Positions 35,833 through 62,708 of a stretch of DNA of 64,000 bases are shown here, in pieces. Every line of letters begins with the position of its first letter. Position 1 is the stretch's first letter. The stretch spans positions 1,860,001 to 1,924,000 of the forward strand of contig CM102286.1 of NCBI GenBank assembly GCA_046563655.1. Direction: 5' to 3'. The notes beneath the pieces are model-generated. The model did not search any database, had not been told where the DNA came from, and saw only the letters and a program-made list of their open reading frames with translations. A program made the translations under genes and the position numbers. The DNA comes from Yuukianura sp. NJ FZ-2021. Lineage: Eukaryota.

Positions 35833-38800
35833 TTAAAGAAGACGTCCACGACACTCCGGTGTTCCGCAGTAACAGTACATGGTTTTTCCGGAAACACTTC
35901 CAATGTCATAGTTGTAGTCCCAGGTTAGCTCAGTTCCAGCACGGATGTGTTTGAAAGCAAAGAATGCTACCCAGGGGAATCGGAGATCATGAGTATCCAC
36001 AAACACGTTTTGAACAAAAACGTTTGGTTGACAGGAGTGCTAAGCAGAATAAAAAATGTCAATAAGAAACTAAATTCCAGTTTTGAATTGAAAGGTAGCA
36101 ATAAATATTAGTTACATTCAAGTATCGTCCAATATTTCCAGAACTCTTGGCATCCATGATATAGCAATATTCGTCTCCTCCGAACAGCGGACGCATTGAT
36201 TTCTTCTTTTCCTTATCCTCGGTGTTTCTTGTCGATCCTAAAACAAAAATTCAACGGATGTTTACAAAAGTCAATTACCTTTCAAACTTTAGCAGCAGCT
36301 AAAATAATTACAAAACAAAAGTGAGGAAACTAAACATAATCATGGCCAGTGCACAACCCACGCCTAACTATACTTAGCAATCGGGTATTAGCAAAGGTAA
36401 ATCAGCAGGGCTTTAACACACATCTTAACATTAGCACACAGCAATGTCAACCAGACTGACAGGTTCCAGTGTCTCACCTTCATCCGTGCGCTTAGCACCA
36501 CGGAGTGAGTAGGACCTTACTCCGCTACTGTTTACAACACAATCCGCTGTGTAATCCTTGTCGTCTTCGTCAACAAGTTCGCCCGAATCTTAGATAAATC
36601 ATTATGCACTTGAGTTTCTACTTAGAAACTAGTTTTTTTTAACTACTACTCTACTGCCACCGTTCTACTAAAACCCATAGTCTAACTAACCTTGTCCACT
36701 TCGTCGTCGTTGACGCACTCCTGTTTCCGGATCAACCACGTCACTTTCGAATCCTTCTTTGTAAGATTCACAGACTTCAATATAGTCAAGTTCAGCCAAA
36801 TACTCGTCACCAAATGCTTTCCCGTCCTAAAAGGTCGTGTTAGTTAGTAATTCATCGTCAATATTTTTAGTAATCAGCTGATATATTAAGTACCTCATTG
36901 GCACCGTGCTCTGTGAGGAGTTGTCCAGCATAGACGCAAATGAATGCTCCTTGTGGTATGTCGTGAATCGGACGAATGGCCCAGCCCTTGTTGGAAGTTT
37001 TAAAAATCTGAAGTTGCCACTTCATGTCAAACTGAACTACTCGATTCAGGCAGGTTTTCTTACAAGGACACCTAAAAAGTCATGAAAAAAGAGTTTGCAA
37101 GTACTACATGTATAAGGACAATTGGACGTTTTACAGAATGTTAAACTATACCTTCTATTACACTCATAGATGCCAGTGACTAGGTGCTCTGAGAGTCGTC
37201 GATACTGGTATCCAACTTCCAGGTTAAGCTCTTCAGATCTTCTATCTTTCACACCTTCCATCGTCATCTTCCAACAGGCGCACTTTTCCTTATCCTAAAG
37301 TCAACAAAAAATACCATTTTGATACATATCGATTCACTAGGCGTTATAACTTCTTACCGAACAGTCGTCAGTACAGTCACAGCAGCTAAGAAACTCAGGA
37401 TCCAAATTCATGTGAACGTCGGCTGCCGGTTGTCTGTCTTTCGAATACTCAACATACTCAGGATATTCATGGTCAACCGAGTTACAGCATTGAACTGGAA
37501 CATTCTCCTTTCCATATGTGATGTCCTACACCAGCACCAATCAGAATTTTGTCACATAAGAAACAAACACAATCATAAAACCTGTCAAATTCTTACGCTG
37601 ATGATGAAATGATTCGAAGATGGAACGAATTCGTTGAAACAGTCAACAGCATAGTCGTAACAGAAATGATCAATCCCCATGTTGTACTTCGTCAAAGTCA
37701 GGAAATCGTGCATCTCTTCAAGGTCTCTGAGCCGTCGGCCGCATGGCGCTCGATAGTAAATTGAGCGACGCGGATTTTTTGCTACTTCCCTGAAAATCAA
37801 AACATAACAGTCAGTTTAAACTAAAACATAAAAGCCATCTTTGGAAATAGACGTTTTACCTGTTGAAGCCATAGAACATCGGAAGTGTAAGTGGATTGAT
37901 CATTTTGACGTCTTTGTCATTCTCCTTGTAAGGCCGGACACAACTTGGTTTACAAGCGTGTGGTACGAACGGCAGTGGTCCCTCCACCGATTTCGGAATG
38001 TTTATACGCTAAAAACAGAAAACATTGAAAAACTGTCACTTTTTTCAATTTTTTTCTTTTTTGAGTATTTTTTCAAAAGCTTCTCACAGTCATTCTCCCT
38101 TCATATTCCAACAATCCAGTTGAACTTGTGATTCCAGGCGGTTTTTTGGCGACATTGGATAACGGATTGACAGTTCCAGGCTTCCACTGTTGTGTTCCAG
38201 CAGGCAATGCAGTTGACTTCCTTGCAGTTTGAACTAAAAGGAACAAAATGAGATAAGCTGTTTGACTAATGAATAACCGGATTAGACAATCAATATTAAC
38301 TTGAACGTACCAAGCTTACTTGTACTAGTAGACGGTGAAGGTGTTGATGAACTGTAGTTGACATATTCAATCTTGGCTTCATTCTACAATAAAGTAAATC
38401 AAAAAACTATTTTGATGGCAGTTTTAGCTCAACTGTCAACAAATGTCACCGCGATAATGTCCTTACCGAGTGCGATGCAGCATGAATGTCGTGCCGCCTC
38501 GGAGCTCGTGAAGGCTTACTAACAACCTTGTTGTCCTTGTCAGTTCCTAAACGAGCTTCTGCTCGTTTCTGTTTGTTGTATAACGGTGCAAGCCGCTGTG
38601 ATCCACGATAAATCCACTCGTACCGATTATCCGCCTCGAAGAATATTTTCACCAGAGAACAATCCACGTCAACCACTCTTCCAATCCACCAATTTCCTAG
38701 ACCAAACATAGCCAAAGTTTTAACAAAGTTAAACTTTTAGCAGCGGAAATAAATTCAATTTAGATCATGTTCTAACCATTCCATTCAGTTGACACAATTG

Positions 38801-40475
38801 TGCCTTTGGCCAGTCTGACCATTGGACGTTCTGGATAAACCTTGAGGTATTCTTTGATGAAGGCCTGACTCGAAGGATGGACGTCGTTCCAAACGTCTTT
38901 AGACGATTCGCAAACCCAGAGAACGTTTTCAATTGAGACGTATTGGGCATAACCGTCATCAAAGAAGATGAGGTATCTAAATAAATGTGGAGGTCGAAGG
39001 TTAAAAATCAAATTCTGAAACGTACACAGAAGACTAAAGTACACAAACCTGTTCTGATTATGAGGAATTGGGCGCTCAGCGACAATTCCAGCATAGAACT
39101 CACTGCCTCCTGCTTTGTTCTCCTTCAACTCGTCATTGAATCGTGCAATAATCCTGGCTCCAACAGGAAGCAGAAAAGGAGTCTTCAAAGAAAACGCCAA
39201 ATGCCTTGCACTAAACACTCGAACTTCTTTGGAAGTTTTGCCCCGTCCAGAACTCTCAAGTTGAACGTGGAATTCCTGTAGAAAACATTTTTTAAAGGAA
39301 ATGCTGGATTGAACAAGAGAGTAAATGGATTTACTTGAGTATTGGTTTGGCGGTTGCGATCAATTTTGATAACTGTTCCGAGAGCCCAACTGTTCAACGC
39401 AGAACCTCTCATGGCGTAAACTTTTTTGTGAACAGCAGGAATCATTCTTGGCAAAACTCTTGGAGTTGGAGCCACAGTGAATTTAGTTTGGTCGCCGAAA
39501 ATAGTTTCTCCTGGCTTCACTACTCCGATCTAAACATAAAACATCCAGCAATTAGTTCTCAGAGAGCAGTAGATTAGTATAAACAAGAAGTTAATGGTGT
39601 GTCGACTTACTGCGGCCACTTCATCATCATCATCACCAGCCATTGTGAAATCTTCGACATCCTGCATGCCCTCGCCTTCTGTATGGCACAATTGCTTCTG
39701 CGATGTCCCTGGTTCGTCTTTAACCAGCGGCGTTCCGTTGACGTTAACCTCATCCGGAGGGTCTTCCATGTCTTTCTTATTACCAAGAATTTTTCGTACC
39801 GCACCATCAGCGTCTATTTCGACAGTCTTGAAAACAACATTCTAAAAACAAAAAGAACAAGATTTCAGATAAAGTTGAGATAAGCCAAAGCCAACGTTGT
39901 TTCATTTACACGGTACTATTTTTCTTTGGTTAGTAGAGGAACGTACCTGATGAGGTTTGAGGCACACGTTATTATATAATTTGACGTTCCGTTCGACTTC
40001 GTCAAGCATTGGCTCCATCATTTTGCTTGCCTTCTGGACTCCTTGAGCTACAAGATTAAGACGAAGATAGTTTAATAACACAAAGTTCCCTTGTATAACG
40101 CTGAGTTATAAATGGATAAACATACACGCTTCGGCAAGCCGTTCTTCCATGCGACGAATTCTCTCAAGTGCCGATACTGCTCCACCAAGTTGAGCTGCCA
40201 TTAATTCCACCGATTCACGGTCTGTTGCGGGCAAAAAATCTGGCGGAGGTATAAACGGAAACAACTTGGCCATTTCCTCTATTATTTCCAGTTCTGTGGG
40301 TACCAAGGACTCGTCAACTTCTAGAAAGCAAACATTAAATCCATTTAGCTTCCAGTACTATACCGTTTTGAGAAGAAACTGTTCAAAAAGTATGAAGCTT
40401 ACCCATGTCATTGTTGTCAGCGCAGTATACCCTAGAAAACATCGACCGATCTTCCTTTTCGCTACGAATGTCCAT
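35833..40475 (-). CDS. SETDB1: Histone-lysine N-methyltransferase SETDB1/eggless (multi-exon; start codon approximate)
   Basis: Tudor domains ([22 protein letters not shown]), MBD ([12 protein letters not shown]), pre-SET cysteines, bifurcated SET ([30 protein letters not shown]) and post-[16 protein letters not shown]. Confidence 0.95.
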
Positions 40476-41407
40476 GATTCGTTTGATTTTCAAAACTGCA
40501 AAAGAAAAGGAAATCAGTTTTATGGTCTGTTCAGCCTAACTCTCGTTACCTCCACTGCCAGGCCACAATACGTCGTAGGTATATTTACTACTTTAGTAAG
40601 TATATTTTCCGGCAAGCTTGTACAGCTAGGTAGAACTGACACATAATTACAAGCCGACCGGTGAAGATAAGGAATAATTAAATTATAGATTCTTATAACC
40701 ATTCTGATTCTTAATATCTAAATACCCACCGTACAAAACAAAAAATTCGTTCACGTCGTTGACAATACTCCAGGTAATATGCGTCAATGTTTTGCAGTTC
40801 CGGGTTGTCTTTACTCCAAAGTCTGAATGTACAAATTGCAAGTTAGTTAATTAAAGTTAGAACTTAGACTTAGATTTAGTACTGAAATCAATCATCTCAA
40901 CAAAAGGAAGCACGAAAAGGCAAATCAGCACACAACAAACACGAAATGAAAAATGAAGAAGATATTTTTGTTATTTTGAAAACGGTAGGCTGTGGGCGTC
41001 TCTTTATTATTGGAGGGGAAAATGGAGAAACAAATCCTGATATTATCGCCAATTGTTTGTAACGATATTAACTAATTAATTATGAATTAATAACATAAAA
41101 ATCTAATTAAGACGTCGAGTGTTACTTAATGTTTGACTTAAAGCTATTTTATATTAAATCATAACTCTTTAAACTCTCAATGCCCATTCCTGGGTATAAG
41201 GGTGAGGCATTTGTGCGTGGAGCGGTTTCTCAGACCAAAACGAATTAATGTAAACAAAAACATTTATCACCTGTTTCCGGTAAGTAATTTGCAAAATTGG
41301 CTTAATGATTAATCATAATCTTTAATAACTAATTATATTAAACTTAGCATTTAATTGGGATTGCTTTGTGGAGTACAGGTCCATGCGTTCATAACATTTG
41401 TTGGAAA

Positions 41408-43827
41408 ATGGCATTTGCAATTTCCCATTTTTCTTGGACTGGACCGTTACGGAGATCTCAACGTGAAATGTCAGCCTGGAAAATTTTACGTGATGTTCCG
41501 CTTGCTAAGCGGGGCTCGTCATTGTCATGCTTGTCAAGAAGTTATTCAGCATCAACGGGCCTACAACGCAGTATTTCAGTCTCCGACTCAGAGAATCAAG
41601 CCGGAAATAACCAAACAGATGTGACAAGTCATGACATCATAATTGCTGGCGGTGGATTAATCGGAACAATTTTAGCAGTTGCACTAGGTAAGTTCTTAAA
41701 TAACATATGCTATTTGTTTTTTTACCATAAAATTCAATGAGTTGGGACTTGGCAGGGATTTAGGATTTAATAGTTAAACCTTACTCTTGCTTCACTCAGG
41801 AAGCACCAAACGTTTGGAGAACAAAAGTATTCTACTGCTGGAAACGTCGAACAAGGTCTTCAAGAAGGAACCGCCGACTGGTGATACCGACAAGAGCACA
41901 GCCGTGGATTTTAGTAACCGCGTTTTCGCTATTTCTCCTGGTTCTAAAAAAGTGCTTCAAAAGTTTGGAATTTGGGATCACATTTGGAGGTTACAGGAAG
42001 TAAAATCGTTACAGGTAACTTCTGAATTAACTGCAGCAGTAGTTGTATCCTACAACTTGTGCGCCTGTGCGGTGCATGCGTTTTAGTAACTTGTGTTTTC
42101 AGGTATGGGATGCTTTGTCGGACGCAAGTATCACCTTCAACAATCCGGACTTACAATCACCAGTGGCTTATATCATTGAAAATCCCGTTCTCAATTATGC
42201 TGTTGGCAAAGCACTGGAAGAGGTTTGGCTTCTTTTATAACGGCTAAAGTCCATTTACAGAACGAAAAAATGAATTTCAATTGCATCAGGCATTGGTTTT
42301 GCAATTTTCAGTGCGACGGAAATGTACAGGTTGAGTACGGGTCATTCGTCGATAAATGTAAGATCCCAGCAGCTTCTGAAGAACATAACACGCTGGCGAA
42401 AGTAGATCTCAAAGATGGACGAAGCTACACAACGGATCTAATTGTAAGTCTGAAACAGCTTCATCGTTATATGAAGTGCGCTGATAACTTTTAACGTTAC
42501 TTCAGATTGGGGCTGACGGTTATGGTTCCAGGGTCCGATCTGCCATAAACTCCAACTATATTTCATTCAACTACGATCGTACTGCAGTTGTTGCTACGCT
42601 GAAATTGACTGAGGTAACTCGGATGTCGCTCATAAATTACAAAGTATTTTCCACTTTCTAACTTCAATGTGGTACCTTTCACACCTCGCAGGCAACTGAA
42701 AATAACGTCGCATGGCAACGATTTTTGCCCAGTGGCGGACCAATTGCAATACTTCCTGTACGTTTGCCATTTATTTTAAACATGACAGATTAGGCAATGA
42801 GCAAATCACGAGTAACTAAGTTTTTTGTTTCAGTTGTCTCCAAATTATAGTTCGCTGGTGTGGAGCACTACTCCAGAAAAGGCGAAAGATCTCATCGACA
42901 TGTCGCCCGAATCGTTTGTAGATGCAATTAATTCTTCTCTTGTAAGAAGTTTACCTTTTAATTGCAATTTACCGTAGTTCTAACAATTTGTATTGTATTT
43001 TTTCCTAAGTGGCAGAGCTATGGCCGATCGTTTCTGGTGGAGAAATCATGTGAAATTTTATCCAGTATTAAGTTGTCCACCAAAGGACCAAAACTCCTGC
43101 CGCCATCGATATCAGAAGTAGTTGATGGTTCCAGAGCAACTTTTCCACTTGGATTTGGTCACTCTTCGTACTATGTCAACAGACGCTCAGCCCTCATTGG
43201 GTGTGTTTCGCCATGAGTTCTTTTCTACAAAGAGTTTTTGGAAAACTCTTTGTAGTTTTTTTTTTTGAAAAGTTGAATAATTTTGAATTTTGGGTGATTC
43301 AGTGACGCGGCTCATCGGATTCATCCACTGGCTGGACAGGGATTGAATTTGGGCATTGGTGATATTGAATGCTTACAAAGAGTAATCGACAAAAGTGTTG
43401 GATTGGGGAATGATTACGGTGAGTACTCTAACATTACGCATTACGAAGCATGGGAATTGCCCACATTTTTGTTCTAAAATTCTACTCATATTTTAATTCA
43501 TTGTCCATATAGGGCTACTGTCCGCCCTCCATGACTACGAAACTGAACGACAAAGACACAATTTAGCCATCCAGTCCGGAGTTGACTTTCTGCATCGTCT
43601 TTACAGCTTCGATTTTGCCCCGGTTGTCGCATTCAGAACGTTAGGTCTCTCTTTTGTCAATTCATCCGACATGCTCAAGGTAACACAAACGTTTATCAAA
43701 CGTTTATATAAAGATCAATGAATTTATGAACTTTTTTTTGTCTAATCCGTGATGTACCTTTTTCATGAATTGAAAGACTGTTTTTTGTTTCTTATAGAAA
43801 TTCATCATTTCTCAAGCCGCTGCTTGA
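41408..43827 (+). CDS. COQ6: Ubiquinone biosynthesis monooxygenase COQ6, mitochondrial (multi-exon)
   Basis: Basic N-terminal presequence; motifs [53 protein letters not shown] and [23 protein letters not shown]. Confidence 0.95.
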
Positions 43828-44547
43828 ACTTGACGATTGACGAGTGATCGACCAGCTAGCTTTCGTTTTCTCAAATTCGGTGACTTATTTTTTGATTATG
43901 TGAAGACTGCGAGTGAATGTTGCTGAGCTCAAGTTCACCGGTACATCCTGACAAATTTTTTATGAATATAGGTAATCATTTTTATGTCACTAATCGTAGG
44001 GTGAGGAGCAGAAGGTCATGGGAAGTTTTCCTTGGGTTTTATTCACAGTGCCCTTCCCTAACAATGTTTAACTTGTTAGGTTGTTTCAAGTGGACGTACA
44101 CCCAATAACCTAAATCAACAGGGGGATGTTATTAGATTATCTAAGGTTATGGAACATCTTCTAGTTACGGATTACGGAAATGACAAAACCAGATTTTCTT
44201 GAATCTTTACTTTCTGGAACAAAGATAAGGTGTATTAAAAGAACTGTTGGGGAAGTGAACTCTCTGTTTTTTAGTGTCAACGATAAGTAAAAGACTTTCT
44301 TTATATTTACTTTAGCCTTTTTAGTTGAAATTGGATATGAGTTGGTATTTTTCAGTGTAGACAAAAGTCATCTTTCATCGTCTTGTTTAGATTTTAAGAA
44401 AAGTGGAGCTAACAAGCAGTTTGTAAAGTCGACTTTTTTCGTTTTATTTTGCTAGTGTGTTAAATTATATTTTAGTGCTAGAGTTAGTTTAGTTTGTTGT
44501 GTTAAGTTCAGAATTAGTTGGTGAATTTGTCATAACTTGAAGCGGAA

Positions 44548-44703
44548 ATGGCGATCGAAGGATTTGAATTTCCCACGGAGGAAGTAGGTGAGGTTGGAGT
44601 GGCGTCTGTGTCAATCCCAATGTACTTTTTCATCTTAATTTGGTTTCTGCTCAACTTCATGTTTATGCGTGGAAGACTCTTTTTGTCACCAATCTCGTGC
44701 TAA
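44548..44703 (+). CDS. Candidate 51-aa single-pass membrane micropeptide or uORF
   Basis: MAIEGFEFPTEEVGEVGVASVSIPMYFFILIWFLLNFMFMRGRLFLSPISC*; good Kozak-like context (gaaATGG); acidic-hydrophobic-basic layout. Confidence 0.3.
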   Translation: MAIEGFEFPTEEVGEVGVASVSIPMYFFILIWFLLNFMFMRGRLFLSPISC

Positions 44704-45467
44704 AAACTAAAAAATTTGTCAAAATTTGAGCAAACTTCCAGTGAACGTTTTTCAACGATGTTTTGTCAATTTTTTTTAACTTCCGACTACTTCTGGCAGA
44801 AACTAGTATTGACAGTTCAATTTTCGCTACTTCAAAGGCTTCGTTTGGAATCAAGTGATTACGCACCTTAAGGCGCATAAAATGCTGAATGGAGCACATC
44901 AACATTGAACTTTGAAAATGCTTTCAACATGAGTTCGGAATTTGGTACGAAAGTTTTTCATAACCGTGTAAGTGGTTTCGGATTGTTCATTTTTTGTTAG
45001 ATTTCAAGATTCGTTGAAAGTCACTTGAAATTTTTTTTCGATTCAGCCCTGTACAGTTTTTGTTAAGTTTTAAATTTTTCGAGGACTTTCATCTTGGCAT
45101 GAACTGCCGCAAGGGATGACGGTGACTTTGAAAAGATGATCTTAGAAAATGAACAATGGAAAAACTACCTGTTCACAAAATCTTCTTTTACTCAGGTGAA
45201 ATTTATACCATGTGAAGCAATAGTATAGAAACGAGTTTTTCTTATAATTTTCTGTAGTATCCAGCGGCAATTGAGTAATTTAGCACGAAAATGTTAGCGA
45301 GTGAGGCAACATTTATTGAAAAGAACTTAGCATGTAAGAATGTAAGTCCCAGAAAATAGTTAATTTTAACTGAGTTTACAAAAATTGTAAATTGTTTACA
45401 AAATGTGAGTTATGTACGTGCTACAACCAAAGGTTTTGGGTTTTAATTGTTTAGTGCTAATGAAACA

Positions 45468-48400
45468 ATGAGTGAGACAAAGAAGTCTTTGAGTTGCGTA
45501 AAAAGTGGTTACGCTGTAGTAGGAAAGTTGTTTACAAATTTTGGAGCTCTAATTTTAGTAGTAGTGACCACTTTGGCCATCATTTTAACTTGGATTGGTC
45601 TTGCGCAAAATGGATTTCCGGAATTTGGTGACCCATATTTGGTACGTTCCAAATTTTGAAAAAAAAAATTCAAAAGTATTTTAATTTGGGTGCTAAATGT
45701 GTGTTTTATTTTTGGTTTTTAGGGATTTCAGACTCGATTTACTCCAATTTCAAATCGGTTGGTGACACTGGACAATTTAAGACTTGAGCTTAATCGCATG
45801 AACGTTTTGGAAAATTATCCAGGAGAGAGAACTGGAGAAAAAGAGTCAAGAAGAAGAAGAAGAAGACATTTTGGATCTAGCAGTAGCATGTGTGCCAATT
45901 CGCCATGTAAGTTTGTTACATGTAGACAAATTTCAAAATTTTGAATCCTAAATTTCGAATTTTCGAACTTTTTTATTTCAAATTTTAGTGGAAGATTATG
46001 GCCGTGTGGCGCTGGAGCTGAAAGGTTTCGCTTCCAAATCAGTGCTGAGCAAAGAGACGCTTTCGTTAATTTGCTACTTTCAGGAACTAATTGCGTCCAT
46101 TCTGACCTACGATTTGGTTTGTGAGTATGACGAGAATCGAAGGTGCTGTCCAATGTGGTCGCTCCCAAACTATGTCGCTCAACATTCAAATAAGTCCGAC
46201 TGTGCCAATCTAATCGTAAGACAATTTTCAACAAAAAATTGTGATTTTCTTTTCAGTTTGTCAAGTTTTTACTGATTCTGTTTTTGTTTAGGACGAAGAT
46301 GTTGAAAGATTTAAAGATGGTCTCCGTTTTTGCAATAATTTGTACTTGAATTTAACACAACATGAAGACTGCCTCAATCGCCAAAGTAGTTGTCCAACAA
46401 TGTGCCATTATGGAAACATCCTTCAAGCAGCCATGTCCCACACAGTTGATGCTGCCTTAGTCCACAAAAATGTAATTCGTCTTTAAGATTAATCAATTAC
46501 TTTTTTGGAATTTCCATTCTTGATACTTGATACTGATGCTTGTGTTTTTTAGGCTAGCCAATTTGCAATGATTGTAGTGCCAGTTCCGAAATCTTCAAGG
46601 GAAGAATGGAGAATGAAAATTTTTCAAAAAGAAATCTGGAACTTGCGCAAATTTCTTCCACCGGAAATTGCAACATTGGCAGGCTACGATTTCGGTAAGC
46701 AGAATTTTAGTACACTTGGATATAAAATTAATAAGAAAACAAACTTTTTTTTAAATTATTATTTTCCATATTTTAGGTGGGAAAAATGTAATTTTTGAAA
46801 GCTACTTGGTGTCTGACCTCCAGTATGTCGCTCTGGCCTCTGTGATAATTTTCTGCATAGTCTTCATCTTTACCAAATCTGTCTTTGTGACTGTGATATC
46901 CTTCGGAAATCTGATTCTGTCTCTCGGAATTTCGTATTACCTCTACAAAAGCGTCTTTCTCATTCCATATTTTCCATTTATGAATATGTTAGTGACCATC
47001 ATCATTCTCGGTAAGTTTACTTCAATTTGAAAATATATATTATATTTTTACACAAACACATTTAAAAATCATGAAGTAGCGAAAGCTATTTTGTAATCTT
47101 ATTCATGTCTCTCTGTCTGTTTGTCTGTCTGTGTTTTAGCGCAATTCTCTCGGTTTAGTCTGCACATGTTCACCATTTTTTGTTTTCCAGGAATTGGAAC
47201 AGACGCGACGCTTATAGTGAGTTCTGCTTGGGAGCGAGCTGACGCATGCGCGGGTGACCGTCGTGGACGAATTAGAAGAGAATTTGTCATGACAGAAACG
47301 TTGAAGGAAACGACGGTTACTTTAGTCATTACAACGTGTACCACTGCTGGTGCTTTTTTCGCGTCTCTCATGAGTTCCATTACCACAATTCGCTGTTTTA
47401 GGTAAGCAAATACCCAAAATTGAAGTATTTTTTCAAAATTCTGAGTTAGTAAAAGTATTGTTTCTCTTTTTTTTAGCATTTACGCCGGAACTGCTATTAT
47501 CACCAGTTTCACTCTCCTGTACATCAGCGTTCCAATCAGCATCGACTGCAGTACTCGGTTCTGGAAGTACTTCACTGGACTCTTTCCACTCACTTCCCAA
47601 AGCAAGTTATTCGCCAAAGTCATCTCATTGCTAAGATTTCCCGAGATCTGTTCAACTTCGTTCAAATCTTCAAAAGTTTTCGTCAAGTTATCTTCATCTG
47701 TCCTGATCTGGACATGCTCGTTTCTAATCTGCACAACTATTCTACTTATCTCCGTTTTCGTGGTTTTCGGCTCACCGGGTCTACAGTTACCAGACAGTGA
47801 ACAGTTCCAGCTACTGTCAGCATCTCATCCAGTAGAAGTATTTGATCGTATCGTCAAACCAGCTTTTGGTGACGGTGTGGCTGATTTCGCAGAAGAAAAG
47901 GTGACAGTATACTTGATTTGGGGTTTGCAGCCAAAAGATACTGGAAATGCTTTGGATCCGTCAAACCCCGGGAAGTTGCAATTCGATCCAACATTTTCCC
48001 TTGACTCAGCACATGCGCAAAGATGGATGAGGAAACTTTGTAAAAGAATTCAGAGACTAAGATTCTATGATCAAATTGAAAATGATCGAGTTGGGCTCAA
48101 CTTGGACTCTTGTTTCATGGACACTTTAGTGACTTGGATGAAGCGTGACTGCCAGCATTATGCTGGCGGTCAACAATCTTACAAACCTTGTTGCAATACT
48201 TCCAAGTTTCCTTATATTAATTCAACTCTTCATCACTGTATTGGACTCGCTGCGAGAGATGTCTACAGAACTCCATCAATCTACTTTCATCCTGATGTCG
48301 CCGGTCCAAAGTTTTTCGTCAATCGGAGATCAAGTGACCTGCGCAAGGAATTGGCCACTTTCAGTGTAAGAATTCGCACAAACATTACTTATTCGGTGGT

Positions 48401-49277
48401 TTATGACAAGATGGACAAAAATTACCAAGAACTGGAAGCAAATTTTCAAGAAATTTTGAAAGATGCTCCACCGGGACTCCAAAATGGATTCTTCGTGTCT
48501 TCGCATTTCGATTTTTACGATCTTCAAAAAAGTTTGACCGGAGATACATGCGGGTCGATGCTTCTGTCTGTTGGACTTTGCTTCCTGTTCATCCTAATTT
48601 CAAGCCGCAGTGTTACGGTTGCCACTGGCGCAGCAATTTGCATCTTTGCTATTGGTAAGCTCTAAAAAAAGTACTGCCAAATATTCAACAATTCAAACAA
48701 TTCTTATGCTAAAGTTTTTTTTGTAGTTTTAGTTACCTCTGCCGCTATGATCAAATTTTTCAACTGGAAACTCGGCGTTTTCGAATCCATCGCTGCCACA
48801 GTTGCCGTTGGCCTCTCAGATTTCACTGCTCACCATGCAATTGAATTTGCCAAACAAAAGTCTGTTGCCAACATGACCACACCAACATTTTTCTCAGCCG
48901 TGTCCACCGTGGTCATGGGTCTCTGCATGTACTTGTTCTCTTCAGTGCTCGTCTATGAACAAATTGGATCCTTCTTCTTCGTCCTCGTCGTCACCAGTTG
49001 GACATACTCCGTGTTCTTCCTAACTCCAATCCTCATGCTTTTCAATAACTTGACACAAGTTGCTATGACAACCGTTACCAAGGTGTTTCCATACTTCACC
49101 AAATCCAAAACCCAACAAGCATGTGCTGCCGATGATGACGAAGATGCTCGTTCACACTCTGACTTGATCATGGAAAATATTGCCGAAATAGAAAAATCTC
49201 AAGAAAAACGACCAACTAAAGCCATGATGGATACTTGGAAACAACTCAAAAAATTTGGTCAAGAAACGCCAGTCTGA
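45468..49277 (+). CDS. disp: Protein dispatched-like (RND/sterol-sensing domain Hedgehog exporter; multi-exon, start approximate)
   Basis: FGDPYLGFQTRFTPISNR, polybasic furin-like site RRRRRH, CCPMWSLPNYVA, YFPFMN, TTCTTAGAFFAS..S.ITTIRCF, LQLPDSEQFQL...HPVE.FD, WGLQPKDTGNALDP and WKLGVFES. Confidence 0.9.
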
Positions 49278-50543
49278 ACCAGAAAAAAAAGTTATCCTAA
49301 AATTTAACAATAAATAAAACTAGGATTTTCAAAACCGAAAAGTTTTCAAAATTTTGAAAAAGTGGGAACACCAAAACACTTTAGATAATTCAGATTGTGA
49401 ATTTAATACGAGTAGTAAGAAAAAGTGGGAGTTATTAACTTGAGTCAAAAAACGTTTTTTTCGGAGTGAGAGGAGGGTAGTGATGAAATTCCGTTAAAAA
49501 CAAACGGCGGGAATTCTAAAACGGCTTAAGTATATTTAAAAATCTCATCATTCAGTTCAATTTAAAATTGTAACTATTAAAAGCTAGTAAGCTTTAAACC
49601 AATTTTTTCTTCAAAATTTAAATTAACTCATGACAAATAAGGGCAAAAAATCATTTTTAAAAAAACCGAATAAGGACGTAAACTTAATAATTTTTACAAT
49701 CCGAGCGACAAATACTGAACTTGAGAATTTTTGCTTGACCTTCTTTTCTGCAAATGATCACGGATAAATTAAGCCGTCAGTCGTAACCAGCAGATTTTCA
49801 TTCATTTTCTAAAAGTTTTTAGTATAATTAATCACTAAAAATGGGTACTTGTTTCCTCAACAGTTACATCATGATTTCCCTTAAGTGTTTACCTATCTAC
49901 ACAATTTGTATATAAAGCCACTGCGCAACGACGTTCTCAAAGTTCAAATTTTCCCGCTCTTTTTCCAAACTGAAGTCTGAAGTCAATATTTTTTATAAGT
50001 CTAGCGGCAGCAACGGCATTTTAACTTTTCTAAACAACCCAACTACAAACGAAAAACGTCGTTTAAAGACTCTTCCCTCACTATTGTTCGTTCCATTTCG
50101 GAATCCAAACACTTGAAATTGTTGGAAAACCGAAAATGTAACCTCAGGGGCAAAGGTCATTCGGATCCCAGTAGTTTTCTAGTCAGTTTTTTTAAGTTTT
50201 GTGCTGGTTACACGACAGAAGTATTCTTCAACTTCCAAAGTCATCCCCTCAACATTGTTTATCACCAGGACAGACGAGAGGAGAGATGTAAATAACAAAG
50301 GGGAGAGACACAGAGACGACGACGGCTTGTGATGCTGAATGCTTGATGCTGATGACGATACTTGGCAGTATCTCCGTAAGGTCATGCAGGAAAAAATGTT
50401 GGTGAATGTTGTGATGTCGAGATAACTTGTAGCCGTGTAGGAGCAAAACTGTGATGAAATGTTGTCCAGCGTCTTGTGTTTTTGATAATATTAATTAAGA
50501 GTTAAATTAACGGAGGAGGAGAGGAGTCTGTGAGGTACTTGAA

Positions 50544-62708
<12,165 letters not shown>

